DNA of 64,000 bases. It comes from an uncultured Arcobacteraceae bacterium. Lineage in GTDB: Bacteria > Campylobacterota > Campylobacteria > Campylobacterales > Arcobacteraceae. The stretch spans positions 71,593 through 135,592 of the forward strand of contig CAXHZO010000004.1 in the NCBI GenBank assembly GCA_964022095.1. Reading direction: 5' to 3'. The stretch's first letter is position 1. Each line of letters opens with the position of its first letter. Of the stretch, positions 48,638 to 57,498 are shown piece after piece. The notes beneath the pieces are model-generated. The model saw only the letters and a program-made list of their open reading frames with translations, made no database searches and was not told the DNA's origin. Position numbers and translations under genes: made by a program.

Positions 48638-49861
48638 TTACTTGGTCATATCTATCGTGAAATAATTTTTCCCATCGCTATATCTATAGCTTAACTTATA
48701 TCCATGCATATTTGCTATTGTTTTAACAATATATAAACCTAATCCAAATCCATCACTTCTTTTTTCTTCTTGTGAAAAAGCTTCTGTGTAGTATTCTAAA
48801 TCATGTTTTAAAGGCTCACCTAAAGAAATGATTTCTATTTTTTCTTTATTCGCATTAATCATTGCTTTTTTATTTGGTGAAAATTTAATTGCATTATCAA
48901 TTAAATTTTTAAGAGCAATACAAAACATATAAGAATCAACTTCAAATGTAAAATCTCTAATTTTTGAAGCAATATTTTCAGAGTTTATCATCATAAGCTC
49001 AATAGTTTTTGTGTAGATGTTAGAAAATCTATTAACTTCTTTATAAAGCATTGTATTTTGAGAGGTTAGCTTTTCAACTGTTGCAAGCTCCTTAATAATG
49101 TCATCCATTCTTTTAAAGGCTTTTTGTAAAGTATCTCTTGTTTTTTCATCTTCTAACGTTTCAGCTATAAACATAGCTTTTGTTATTGGTGTTTTTAGTT
49201 CATGCATCATATTACGCATAAATAAATCTTTTGATTTTGATTGATTATTTATTGTTGTAATTGCTTCATCAAAACTTTTTGCAATTGTTCCAATTTCATC
49301 ATTACTTATGCATTTAATCTTGATGTCTTTATTTCCATTTGAGAATTCAATAATCTGTTTATTTAAAATTTTTAATGGTTTTAATTTTCTTTTTAAAATT
49401 TCATATAAAAATAAAAATGTAATTATAGATATGATAAATCCAATAATAATAACAGCCATGCTATAGCCATGCTTTCTTGCATCTTTTAGCATTATGTTAT
49501 AACCAAACTGTTGGACATAAATAAAGTAGTCTTGATTGTATTTATAAACTCTATATGTGCCTAAATAAGTTTGTGTGATTGTTAGCTCTTGAGCTTTTTT
49601 TATAATTTCTAATTTATCTTCTCTTTCTTGAACAGGAGAAACCCTGAATTTTTTATATAAGCTTAGTAAAGAATCACTTGTTGGTTGATTTTGAAAAGCT
49701 GTTAAAAAGTTTTCTGCAATTAATTCATATCTATTCTGTAGTGAAAGTTCATGCTTTTGTTTATCGTATCTTATAAACATTGCAAATGTTATAAAAATAG
49801 ATAAAAAAGCTAGAGAAAATATTATGTTAATAAATGTAGAAATAGAGATGTTTCTTATCAT
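48638..49861 (-). CDS. cprS: Sensor histidine kinase, CprS/ArsS-like
   Basis: HAMP DEIG, MHELKTP, NLIDNAIKF and GFGLGL; htrA-RR-HK order as in C. jejuni htrA-cprR-cprS. Confidence 0.8.
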   Translation of the reverse strand: MIRNISISTFINIIFSLAFLSIFITFAMFIRYDKQKHELSLQNRYELIAENFLTAFQNQPTSDSLLSLYKKFRVSPVQEREDKLEIIKKAQELTITQTYLGTYRVYKYNQDYFIYVQQFGYNIMLKDARKHGYSMAVIIIGFIISIITFLFLYEILKRKLKPLKILNKQIIEFSNGNKDIKIKCISNDEIGTIAKSFDEAITTINNQSKSKDLFMRNMMHELKTPITKAMFIAETLEDEKTRDTLQKAFKRMDDIIKELATVEKLTSQNTMLYKEVNRFSNIYTKTIELMMINSENIASKIRDFTFEVDSYMFCIALKNLIDNAIKFSPNKKAMINANKEKIEIISLGEPLKHDLEYYTEAFSQEEKRSDGFGLGLYIVKTIANMHGYKLSYRYSDGKNYFTIDMTK

Positions 49862-50541
49862 ACTAGCTGGTATCCAATACCTCTAACTGATTTAATATAT
49901 GTTCTGCTATTGTCAACTTTTGCTAGTTTTGTTCTAATTCTTGAAATTATTACATCAATATTTTTTAAAGATGAATCATCTTCAATATTATCACTTGCAT
50001 AAATAAAATCTTCTCGTGCAACTACCCCATGGTTTCTTTGAACAAGCAGCTTTAAAATGTCATATTCTGCTAAAGTTAATGTTAAAGCTGTATCTTTGAA
50101 TAATATTTGCATATCATCTTCTTTTATTTCAAAAACACTTGCTGGAGTATTATCTGTTTTTGTTTTTGTTGCGTTTGAATCTATTCTTTTTAAAATAGTT
50201 TTGATTCTAGCTTGAAGTTCTCTTGGATTATATGGTTTTGGTAAATAATCATCTGCTCCCCTTTCTAAACCCATTACTTTATCTAAAATATCATCTCTAG
50301 CACTAGATATAATTATTGGTATATCAGAGTTTTCTCTAATTTTAGGGATTAATTCTAAACCATCAATTTCAGGTAGAGTTAGATCTAAAATCAAAAGTTG
50401 AAAATCCTTATTTACACTAATCATAGATAATCCAGTATATGGACTATCTATATTTGTTACTTCTATATCAAATGATTTTAAGTAATCAGTAATGATTTGA
50501 GCTAACTCTAAATCATCTTCTATCATTAATACCTTTATTAT
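49858..50541 (-). CDS. cprR: OmpR-family response regulator, CprR-like; probable AUA start at 50541 (track start 50526)
   Basis: (I)IKVLMIEDDLELA, LDLTLPEIDG, GADDYLPKPYNPRELQARIK and VRGIGY. Confidence 0.8.
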   Translation of the reverse strand: MIKVLMIEDDLELAQIITDYLKSFDIEVTNIDSPYTGLSMISVNKDFQLLILDLTLPEIDGLELIPKIRENSDIPIIISSARDDILDKVMGLERGADDYLPKPYNPRELQARIKTILKRIDSNATKTKTDNTPASVFEIKEDDMQILFKDTALTLTLAEYDILKLLVQRNHGVVAREDFIYASDNIEDDSSLKNIDVIISRIRTKLAKVDNSRTYIKSVRGIGYQLV

Positions 50542-50552
50542 GGCAAATCCTT

Positions 50553-51971
50553 TTATTTAATTACAAATAGAATAGTTTGACCGTATCTATTTACATAAAT
50601 TCTTTTATGCTTATTAGCATATTTTTTTAGTGATGTTTCAACATTTTGGAAATTTTTGATTTCAATATCTTCAATTTGAATAATCACATCACCAGCTTGG
50701 AAACCTGCTTTTTCTGCACTTGATTTAGGCTCAACTGAAGAAATTAAAATTCCACTTATTCCAGATGGTAATCTATATTTCTTTTGGTTTTCTAAATTAA
50801 TTTCACTTAATGTTAATCCACCTAAAACTTTTCCATTTGCACTTTGAATTTTTACTAATCCTGCTCTATCTGCAAGTACTATGTCAAGTTCAATATTTTT
50901 ATTATTTCTTTCTAGCTTTATTTCTACTTCTTGTTTTGGCTTAAATGATGCAATGATATTTTGTAGAGATGTTCTGTCTGTAACTTTTTTTCCATCAACA
51001 GAGTAGATTAAATCTCCTCTTTTTAAACCATATTTATGTGCAGGTGTATCTTCTGCAACATCAAGTACTAAAGCACCTTGTTTTCTTTTATATACTTTTG
51101 CTGTATCTTTATCTAAATCACTAATAGAAACACCTAAGTATCCTCTAGTAACCTTACCGTCTTCAACAAGTTTTTTTACAACATCTTTAACCATAGCAAC
51201 TGGAATTGCAAAACCAATACCATTATTTCCACCTGATTTTGAAATAATTGCCGTATTAATACCAATTAAAGCACCCCTTGAATCAACTAAAGCACCACCA
51301 GAGTTTCCTGGGTTTATTGATGCATCAGTTTGAATATAGTTTTCATATCTATTAATTCCTACTTTATTTTTATTTAGTGCAGAAATAATACCTTGAGTTA
51401 CAGTACTTCCAATACCAAATGGATTACCAATAGCAAAAATCATATCACCAATTTTTAAATCAGTTGAATGACCTAGTTTCACAGGCGTTAATTTAGTAGC
51501 TTCAATTTTTATTACAGCTAAATCACTATCAGAATCTTTACCTATTAGTTTTGCATTATATTCAGTTGGATTATTTCCAATAGTAACTGTAATTTCTTCA
51601 GCATTTTCAATAACATGATTGTTCGTAACTATATATCCATCTTTTGAAAGAATAACACCTGAACCAAGTGATCTTTGAATTCTATTTTGTTTGAATTGTT
51701 GTCCAAACTGATCTCCAAAGAATTTTCTTAAAAATGGGTCGTTAAACATTTGTAATGGTAGGTTGTTTACCGAATTATTAACATGTCTTTTTGCCGAAAT
51801 GTTTACAATAGAATGTATTGAGTCTTTAATACTATCATTAAATGATAAGATTTGATTTTGCGTATTTGGAATAACTCTTTGCGGATTTTTATCCATTATC
51901 TCAAAATCTATTGATTCTGCAAATAGCTGAGAAACAATTAGTGTTGAAACAATAAAAAGCATTTTTTTCAC
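50553..51971 (-). CDS. htrA: HtrA/DegQ serine protease
   Basis: LGSGV, TNNHV, DLAVIK and DASINPGNSGG; two PDZ domains; GTG start. Confidence 0.95.
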   Translation of the reverse strand: MKKMLFIVSTLIVSQLFAESIDFEIMDKNPQRVIPNTQNQILSFNDSIKDSIHSIVNISAKRHVNNSVNNLPLQMFNDPFLRKFFGDQFGQQFKQNRIQRSLGSGVILSKDGYIVTNNHVIENAEEITVTIGNNPTEYNAKLIGKDSDSDLAVIKIEATKLTPVKLGHSTDLKIGDMIFAIGNPFGIGSTVTQGIISALNKNKVGINRYENYIQTDASINPGNSGGALVDSRGALIGINTAIISKSGGNNGIGFAIPVAMVKDVVKKLVEDGKVTRGYLGVSISDLDKDTAKVYKRKQGALVLDVAEDTPAHKYGLKRGDLIYSVDGKKVTDRTSLQNIIASFKPKQEVEIKLERNNKNIELDIVLADRAGLVKIQSANGKVLGGLTLSEINLENQKKYRLPSGISGILISSVEPKSSAEKAGFQAGDVIIQIEDIEIKNFQNVETSLKKYANKHKRIYVNRYGQTILFVIK

Positions 51972-52053
51972 TTCACGTCCTTTAAAATTTTTTATATTTA
52001 GATTGTAAAGTATAAGAGTAAACTATTTTTCAATCAATAGTTAATAAAAAGTT

Positions 52054-52085
52054 AACTAAAATAGGGATTAAACCCTATTTTAGTT
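52054..52085 (-). terminator. Hairpin after the ilvD stop
   Basis: AACTAAAATAGGG-ATTAAA-CCCTATTTTAGTT, a 13-bp stem. Confidence 0.7.
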
Positions 52086-52086
52086 C

Positions 52087-53775
52087 TTATAAATCAGTTT
52101 TTAAAACTGCTCCGTTACTTGCATTTGTTACAAGAGCTCTATATTGTCCTAACCAAGATGAGTTAAGAGGTTTTTTAAGAGGTTTGAAGTTTGCTTTTCT
52201 TTTAGCAATTTCTTCATCAGTTAAATTCACAGATAAAATGTATTGGTCAACATCAATATGAATTTCATCACCATCTTGTAATAATCCAATCATTCCACCT
52301 TCTGCAGCTTCTGGTGACACGTGACCAATTGAAGCGCCTCTTGTAGCTCCACTAAATCTACCATCAGTAATTAATGCAACTTTATCACCAAGTCCCATTC
52401 CCATGATAAGCGAAGTAGGTGCAAGCATTTCTTGCATACCAGGTCCACCTTTTGGGCCTTCATATCTAATTACAACTACATCTCCAGCTTTAACTTTACC
52501 TTCAACAATACCTTTAATAGCTTCTGGTTGTCCATCAAAACATACTGCACTACCAGTAAAAACTCTCTCCCCTGTAATTCCAGCAGTTTTAATTACAGCA
52601 CCTTCTTGTGCTAAATTACCATATAAAATAGCTAATCCACCAACTTTAGAGTAAGGATTATCTATTGTATGAATAATATTTGTATCCTTGATATATGCAT
52701 CAGAGATTTTCTCTAAAATTGTTTCACCAGTAACTGTTGGATTATCAATTAAAATATCATCTCCTCTTTTTGTCATCTCTTTCATAACTGCATTTACACC
52801 ACCAGCTTTATTGATATCTTCCATATGAACAGTAGATAATGATGGCGAAATTTTAGCAATATGAGAAACTTTTTTAGAAATAGAATTAATATCTTCTAAA
52901 TTAAAATTAACACCAGCTTCTTTTGCAATTGCTAACATGTGTAATACTGTATTTGAAGAACCACCCATTGCCATATCAACAGCAAATGCATTTCTAACTG
53001 CATTTTCATTTAATATATTTCTTAATTGGAATTTTTCTCTAGCTTGTGCATCTTTAGCAATTTCACAAATTCTTCTTGCAGCTTTTCTGTATAACTCTTC
53101 TCTCTCAGGTGTTAAAGCTAAAATTGTTCCATTTCCAGGAAGTGCAATTCCCATAGCTTCCATAAGTGTATTCATAGAGTTTGCTGTAAACATACCAGAA
53201 CATGAACCACCACTTGGACATGCATTACACTCGATATCTTTTAACTCTTCATCACTCATCTCTCCTGCTTCATGTTTACCAACAGCTTCAAAAGCAGTTG
53301 CTAAGTCAATAGGAGTTCCATCTTGCGTATAACCTTTTTCCATTGGTCCACCACTTACAAATACTGTTGGAACATTAACTCTTAATGCACCCATAATCAT
53401 ACCTGGTACAATTTTATCACAGTTTGGAATAGCAATCATTGCATCTAATTTATGCGCATTCATTACTGTTTCAATTGAACTTGCAATTAGTTCTCTCGAT
53501 GGTAATGAAAATAACATACCATCATGGCCCATTGCAATACCATCATCAACACCAATTGTATTGAATTCAAATGGAACACATCCATTTGCTTTAATCTCTT
53601 CTTTTATAATAGCTGATACTTTATCTAAGAAAAAATGTCCTGGAATTAATTCAATAAAAGAGTTTGCTACTCCAATAAATGGTTTATCAAAATCTTCGTC
53701 TTTTAATCCTGTTGCTCTTAATAGTGACCTATGAGGTGTTCTATCAAATCCTTTTTTTACTTCATCACTTCTCAA
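52087..53775 (-). CDS. ilvD: Dihydroxy-acid dehydratase
   Basis: [41 protein letters not shown] and TDGRFSG. Confidence 0.98.
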   Translation of the reverse strand: MRSDEVKKGFDRTPHRSLLRATGLKDEDFDKPFIGVANSFIELIPGHFFLDKVSAIIKEEIKANGCVPFEFNTIGVDDGIAMGHDGMLFSLPSRELIASSIETVMNAHKLDAMIAIPNCDKIVPGMIMGALRVNVPTVFVSGGPMEKGYTQDGTPIDLATAFEAVGKHEAGEMSDEELKDIECNACPSGGSCSGMFTANSMNTLMEAMGIALPGNGTILALTPEREELYRKAARRICEIAKDAQAREKFQLRNILNENAVRNAFAVDMAMGGSSNTVLHMLAIAKEAGVNFNLEDINSISKKVSHIAKISPSLSTVHMEDINKAGGVNAVMKEMTKRGDDILIDNPTVTGETILEKISDAYIKDTNIIHTIDNPYSKVGGLAILYGNLAQEGAVIKTAGITGERVFTGSAVCFDGQPEAIKGIVEGKVKAGDVVVIRYEGPKGGPGMQEMLAPTSLIMGMGLGDKVALITDGRFSGATRGASIGHVSPEAAEGGMIGLLQDGDEIHIDVDQYILSVNLTDEEIAKRKANFKPLKKPLNSSWLGQYRALVTNASNGAVLKTDL

Positions 53776-53876
53776 TTTATATCCTTTTATTCGGCTTTTT
53801 TATGGCATGCATTATACATTTTTTGCTTTTCATTTTTCATTAAATAAAAAAAATTTCAAAAAAAATAAAAAAACTC

Positions 53877-53905
53877 TTGACAAAGTAAAAAAAATCTATT
53901 ATAAT
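53877..53905 (+). promoter_or_regulatory. Consensus sigma70 promoter of the tRNA operon
   Basis: TTGACA-17nt-TATAAT. Confidence 0.85.
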
Positions 53906-53952
53906 TCCAGTCCATTTTGAGAAGAACATCTCAAAATATTTATTAGTAGTGT

Positions 53953-54039
53953 GCGAGTGTGGCGGAATAGGTAGACGCGTGGGACTTAAAATCCCATTCC
54001 GGTTTCGGAGTGTGAGTTCGATTCTCACCATTCGCACCA
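53953..54039 (+). tRNA. tRNA-Leu(TAA)
   Basis: Acceptor GCGAGTG/CATTCGC, anticodon arm TGGGA-CT-TAA-AA-TCCCA, long variable arm, TTCGA, encoded CCA. Confidence 0.96.
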
Positions 54040-54053
54040 CTTTATTTTAATGT

Positions 54054-54142
54054 AGAGAGTTGCCAGAGTTGGTCGAATGGACCGGTTTTGAAAACCGGCG
54101 AGGTTCACGCCTCCGAGGGTTCGAATCCCTTGCTCTCTGCCA
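54054..54142 (+). tRNA. tRNA-Ser(TGA)
   Basis: Acceptor AGAGAGT/GCTCTCT, arm CCGGT-TT-TGA-AA-ACCGG, long variable arm, G73, CCA. Confidence 0.95.
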
Positions 54143-54187
54143 TTTTTTTTAATCATTTTTCTTTTTATTGTTAAATGATTTTAAAAC

Positions 54188-54263
54188 GGAGCTATAGCAA
54201 AGTTGGTAATGCCCGGGATTGCAAATCCTGTATGCGTTGGTTCGAGTCCGACTAGCTCCTCCA
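54188..54263 (+). tRNA. tRNA-Cys(GCA)
   Basis: Acceptor GGAGCTA/TAGCTCC, arm CGGGA-TT-GCA-AA-TCCTG, U73, CCA. Confidence 0.96.
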
Positions 54264-54402
54264 TTTTTTTAATCTAAAATATACAATTTAAAATAATATA
54301 TTTTTACTAGTTTTTGTCAAGAATTTGACTAGAATTTGTTAGAAATATGCATTTGTAATTAGAATTAGGATTATTAAGCATATATAAAAACAAAGGAAAA
54401 AC

Positions 54403-54621
54403 ATGTCAGAATTAGCAACAGGAACAGTAAAATGGTTCAATAGTGAGAAAGGTTTCGGATTTATCCAACCAGATAATGGTGGAGAAGATTTATTTGTACA
54501 CTATAGACAAATTAATAGTACAGGGTATGGAAGAGTTTCATTAGAAGATAATCAAAAGGTATCTTTTGAAGTAGGACAAGGTGAAAAAGGTCCACAAGCT
54601 CAAAACGTAACTGCATTATAG
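54403..54621 (+). CDS. Cold-shock protein (CspA family)
   Basis: [20 protein letters not shown] and KGPQAQNV. Confidence 0.96.
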   Translation: MSELATGTVKWFNSEKGFGFIQPDNGGEDLFVHYRQINSTGYGRVSLEDNQKVSFEVGQGEKGPQAQNVTAL

Positions 54622-54639
54622 TAATTACTTATATGATAT

Positions 54640-54675
54640 AAAGGGGACATAGATTATCTATGTCCCCTTTTTTTT
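54640..54675 (+). terminator. Intrinsic terminator after csp
   Basis: AAAGGGGACATAGA-TTA-TCTATGTCCCC followed by a T-run. Confidence 0.85.
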
Positions 54676-54702
54676 ACTAAAAAATTAATAGACTTTATAT
54701 TT

Positions 54703-55407
54703 TTAGTACTCTAGTCTAAAACCAACACCAGAAATATTTTTAATAGTCTCTTTACCTATCTTCTTTCTTAATTTATTTAACAAGTTTTTTAATGCAGAAT
54801 CAGTAGCTTCAAGTTCATCTTCCCATAAGTTTACCTTTAATTCATCGTGTGATAGTACTCTATTGTTGTTTTTTATTAAGAAATCTAAAAGTGTCAATTC
54901 TTTTGACGTTAATGTTATTTCACAATTATTTTCTTTATGAACAAGTGTTTTATACAGTACATTATATTCAATACCATTGTTAAAATCAATTATATATCTA
55001 GAGTTGTCTAATATGTCTTGAACACATTTTAATAGTGCGTTATTTAATGTTTTGAAATCAACTGGTTTTGTTAAATAATCAACAAGTTTTAGCTTTGCTG
55101 CTTCTAGTAAATAATTTTTGTCTGTGTATGCACTTAATAATATTACTGGGATAGTTTTATCATTTTGACGTAAATCTTTAATAAACTCTATACCACTAGT
55201 TGTTGGTAAATTTATATCTGAAATGATAATGTCTATTCTTTTTTTATTTAGTGTTTTTTGAGCATCTTCAATATTTTCTACATCGAAAACACTATTACAG
55301 AAAAGTTCTAGAACTTTTTTTACATTATCTCTAATATTTTGTTCATCTTCAATATATAGAATTGATAGTTTTTTTAGGATCTTACTAAGGTCATTGTTGT
55401 TTTTCAT
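54703..55407 (-). CDS. Orphan response regulator (receiver plus winged helix), divergent from the T1SS operon
   Basis: ILYIEDE, SDINLP, LSAY, TKP and SGVGFRL. Confidence 0.9.
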   Translation of the reverse strand: MKNNNDLSKILKKLSILYIEDEQNIRDNVKKVLELFCNSVFDVENIEDAQKTLNKKRIDIIISDINLPTTSGIEFIKDLRQNDKTIPVILLSAYTDKNYLLEAAKLKLVDYLTKPVDFKTLNNALLKCVQDILDNSRYIIDFNNGIEYNVLYKTLVHKENNCEITLTSKELTLLDFLIKNNNRVLSHDELKVNLWEDELEATDSALKNLLNKLRKKIGKETIKNISGVGFRLEY

Positions 55408-55614
55408 TGTTACTCTTACATAAAATTAATTATATAATAATAATGAAATTTACTTTAAATTAAGAAATGTATTCTTAAAAATTATGTTTTATTACATATA
55501 TAAGAATAAAATGTTTACAAAAATGCCTTTATAAAGTTTATATTAAGTAAAATCTAAGTAAAGTAACATAAAAAATTATTCGAAATTATGTCTTAGTATA
55601 AATAGGAGAAAAAT

Positions 55615-57471
55615 ATGTTAGTTAAAAAAATGCTTAAGTTTGCTTGTATATCAATGCTTGCAAGTTCATCTTTACATGCATTGAGTCTAAAAGATGGTGT
55701 AGAAAAAGTTATGGCAACCAATCCTGAAATTATTGCTGAAAAAAATAATCAACAAGCTTTTAGAAAGTACATTGATGAAAGAGAAGCAAACTATCTTCCA
55801 AGAATCGATATTGATGGAAGAATTGAAAAAAGTAGTATCGAAAGTGATTATGATGATAATAGGAATGGAACTTTACAAGACGGTTCTGCTCAAGAAGATG
55901 GTTATAACTTTGGTATTGCTTTAAATCAAATGTTATATGATGGAGACTTAACACCAAGTCAAATTAGAGAAGCAAAACACAATGATTTAGCTAACAAATA
56001 TAGAACTACATTAAGTATTGAAAACGTAATTGCAGAAACAGTAAATGCATACAATGGATTACTTCAGTACAATGAATCTTTAGAACTAACAAAAGACATG
56101 ATTTTAACAAATGAAGATAACCTTCAAATTGCAAAAGAAAAAGAAGCAATTAGTGGAGAAGTATTAGAAACATATCAAGTTGAATCGAAGTTAAGTTTTG
56201 TAAAAGAAAAATATTTAGAAGAAAAAGATTTAAAAAGCTCAAGAGTAAGTACGTTTAAAAGATATATTGGAATGGAACCAGATGGTAAAGAGTGTAGACC
56301 AAATATTGATGAAACTAAAATTCCAGGTTCTTTACAAGAAGCTGTAGAATTAGCAGTATTAAGAAATGCAGAAATTTTAGAACAAATTGAAAGAATTAAA
56401 GCTCAAAGAGAAAAAATAGCTCAAGCAGATGCTGCATTTTTACCAAATTTAAGTTTAGAATTAAAAGCATTAACTGATAATGATTTAGCATTAGATGAAA
56501 ATGGAAAAGAAGATCAAGCATTTGGAAGAGTAAATCTTGCATGGAACTTATACAACGGTGGTGGAGATCATGCAGTATCAGAACAAGAAGAATACTTTTT
56601 AGCTGAACAAAAAGAGAGATTAGATGCTATTACAAATAAAATTGTTGAATCTGTAAAAGTTACTTATCAAAGATACAGTAAAAACAAAGAAAGAATTAAT
56701 GTTTTAAAAGATTATGTAATTGCAAATGAAAACATTGTTCAAGTTTATAAAAGTGAATTTGAAGCTGGAACTAGAACATTTGTTGATATTTTAGATGCCC
56801 AAACTGTACTATACGAAGCTAAAAAAAGTTTATTAAATAGAGAATTTGAATTATATTCAAACTATTATGATTTATTAAATACTTTTTCAATGTTAAGTGA
56901 TACAATTTTAACATCTGAAGCACAAGCATGTTCTACTCAACAAACAAATACTCCTTTAACAGATGAATTAATCGAAGTTAATGAAACTGCTGTTGAAGTT
57001 GAGCAAGCAGATGAAGTAGCAGAAGTATCTGATGAATTAAATGCTTTATTAGGTGATGATACAGTTGAAGAAAAAGCAGAAGATACTTTAGTTGCCCAAG
57101 CAGTTGCAGTTGAAACTACAACTATGGCTGATCCAATTGAACTTGATTCAACTACTGTTGAATCAACTGAGAATCTTGTTTATACTTCATTTTTAGATGC
57201 TCCTGAAAAAACTTATACATTAAATATAACTACTGTGAAAGGTTTAGAAGCAGCTAATCAATTTGTATCTGAAAATGGACTTGATGATTTAAATTCTTAT
57301 AGATATGAGTTTGGACCAGGAATGAAAAGTGCAAAGGTTATTTATGGTATATTTGACTCTGTAAAAGAGGCAAAAGAAGCAATGAAAGCTTTACCTGCTT
57401 CAGTATTATCACATAAACCATATATTGATAATGTAAGTAAGCATAAAAAATTATATGCAAAATACCATTAG
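55615..57471 (+). CDS. TolC/LapE-like outer-membrane channel with an acidic linker and C-terminal SPOR domain
   Basis: Signal peptide; OEP motifs YLPRID, WNLYNGG and EFEAGTRTFVDILDAQ; C-terminal YTLNI...VIYGIFDSVKEAKEAMKALP...KPY. Confidence 0.88.
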   Translation: MLVKKMLKFACISMLASSSLHALSLKDGVEKVMATNPEIIAEKNNQQAFRKYIDEREANYLPRIDIDGRIEKSSIESDYDDNRNGTLQDGSAQEDGYNFGIALNQMLYDGDLTPSQIREAKHNDLANKYRTTLSIENVIAETVNAYNGLLQYNESLELTKDMILTNEDNLQIAKEKEAISGEVLETYQVESKLSFVKEKYLEEKDLKSSRVSTFKRYIGMEPDGKECRPNIDETKIPGSLQEAVELAVLRNAEILEQIERIKAQREKIAQADAAFLPNLSLELKALTDNDLALDENGKEDQAFGRVNLAWNLYNGGGDHAVSEQEEYFLAEQKERLDAITNKIVESVKVTYQRYSKNKERINVLKDYVIANENIVQVYKSEFEAGTRTFVDILDAQTVLYEAKKSLLNREFELYSNYYDLLNTFSMLSDTILTSEAQACSTQQTNTPLTDELIEVNETAVEVEQADEVAEVSDELNALLGDDTVEEKAEDTLVAQAVAVETTTMADPIELDSTTVESTENLVYTSFLDAPEKTYTLNITTVKGLEAANQFVSENGLDDLNSYRYEFGPGMKSAKVIYGIFDSVKEAKEAMKALPASVLSHKPYIDNVSKHKKLYAKYH

Positions 57472-57498
57472 GACTTATTAGCATAAAAAAGGGATTTC

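Noticed and set aside
53840-54040. 66-aa minus-strand ORF
   Set aside because: It is the antisense of tRNA-Leu and its promoter.
54054-54142. Possible tRNA-Sec or suppressor because of 'TGA' and the long variable arm
   Set aside because: The anticodon TGA reads UCA (Ser); Sec needs anticodon TCA and an 8-bp acceptor stem.
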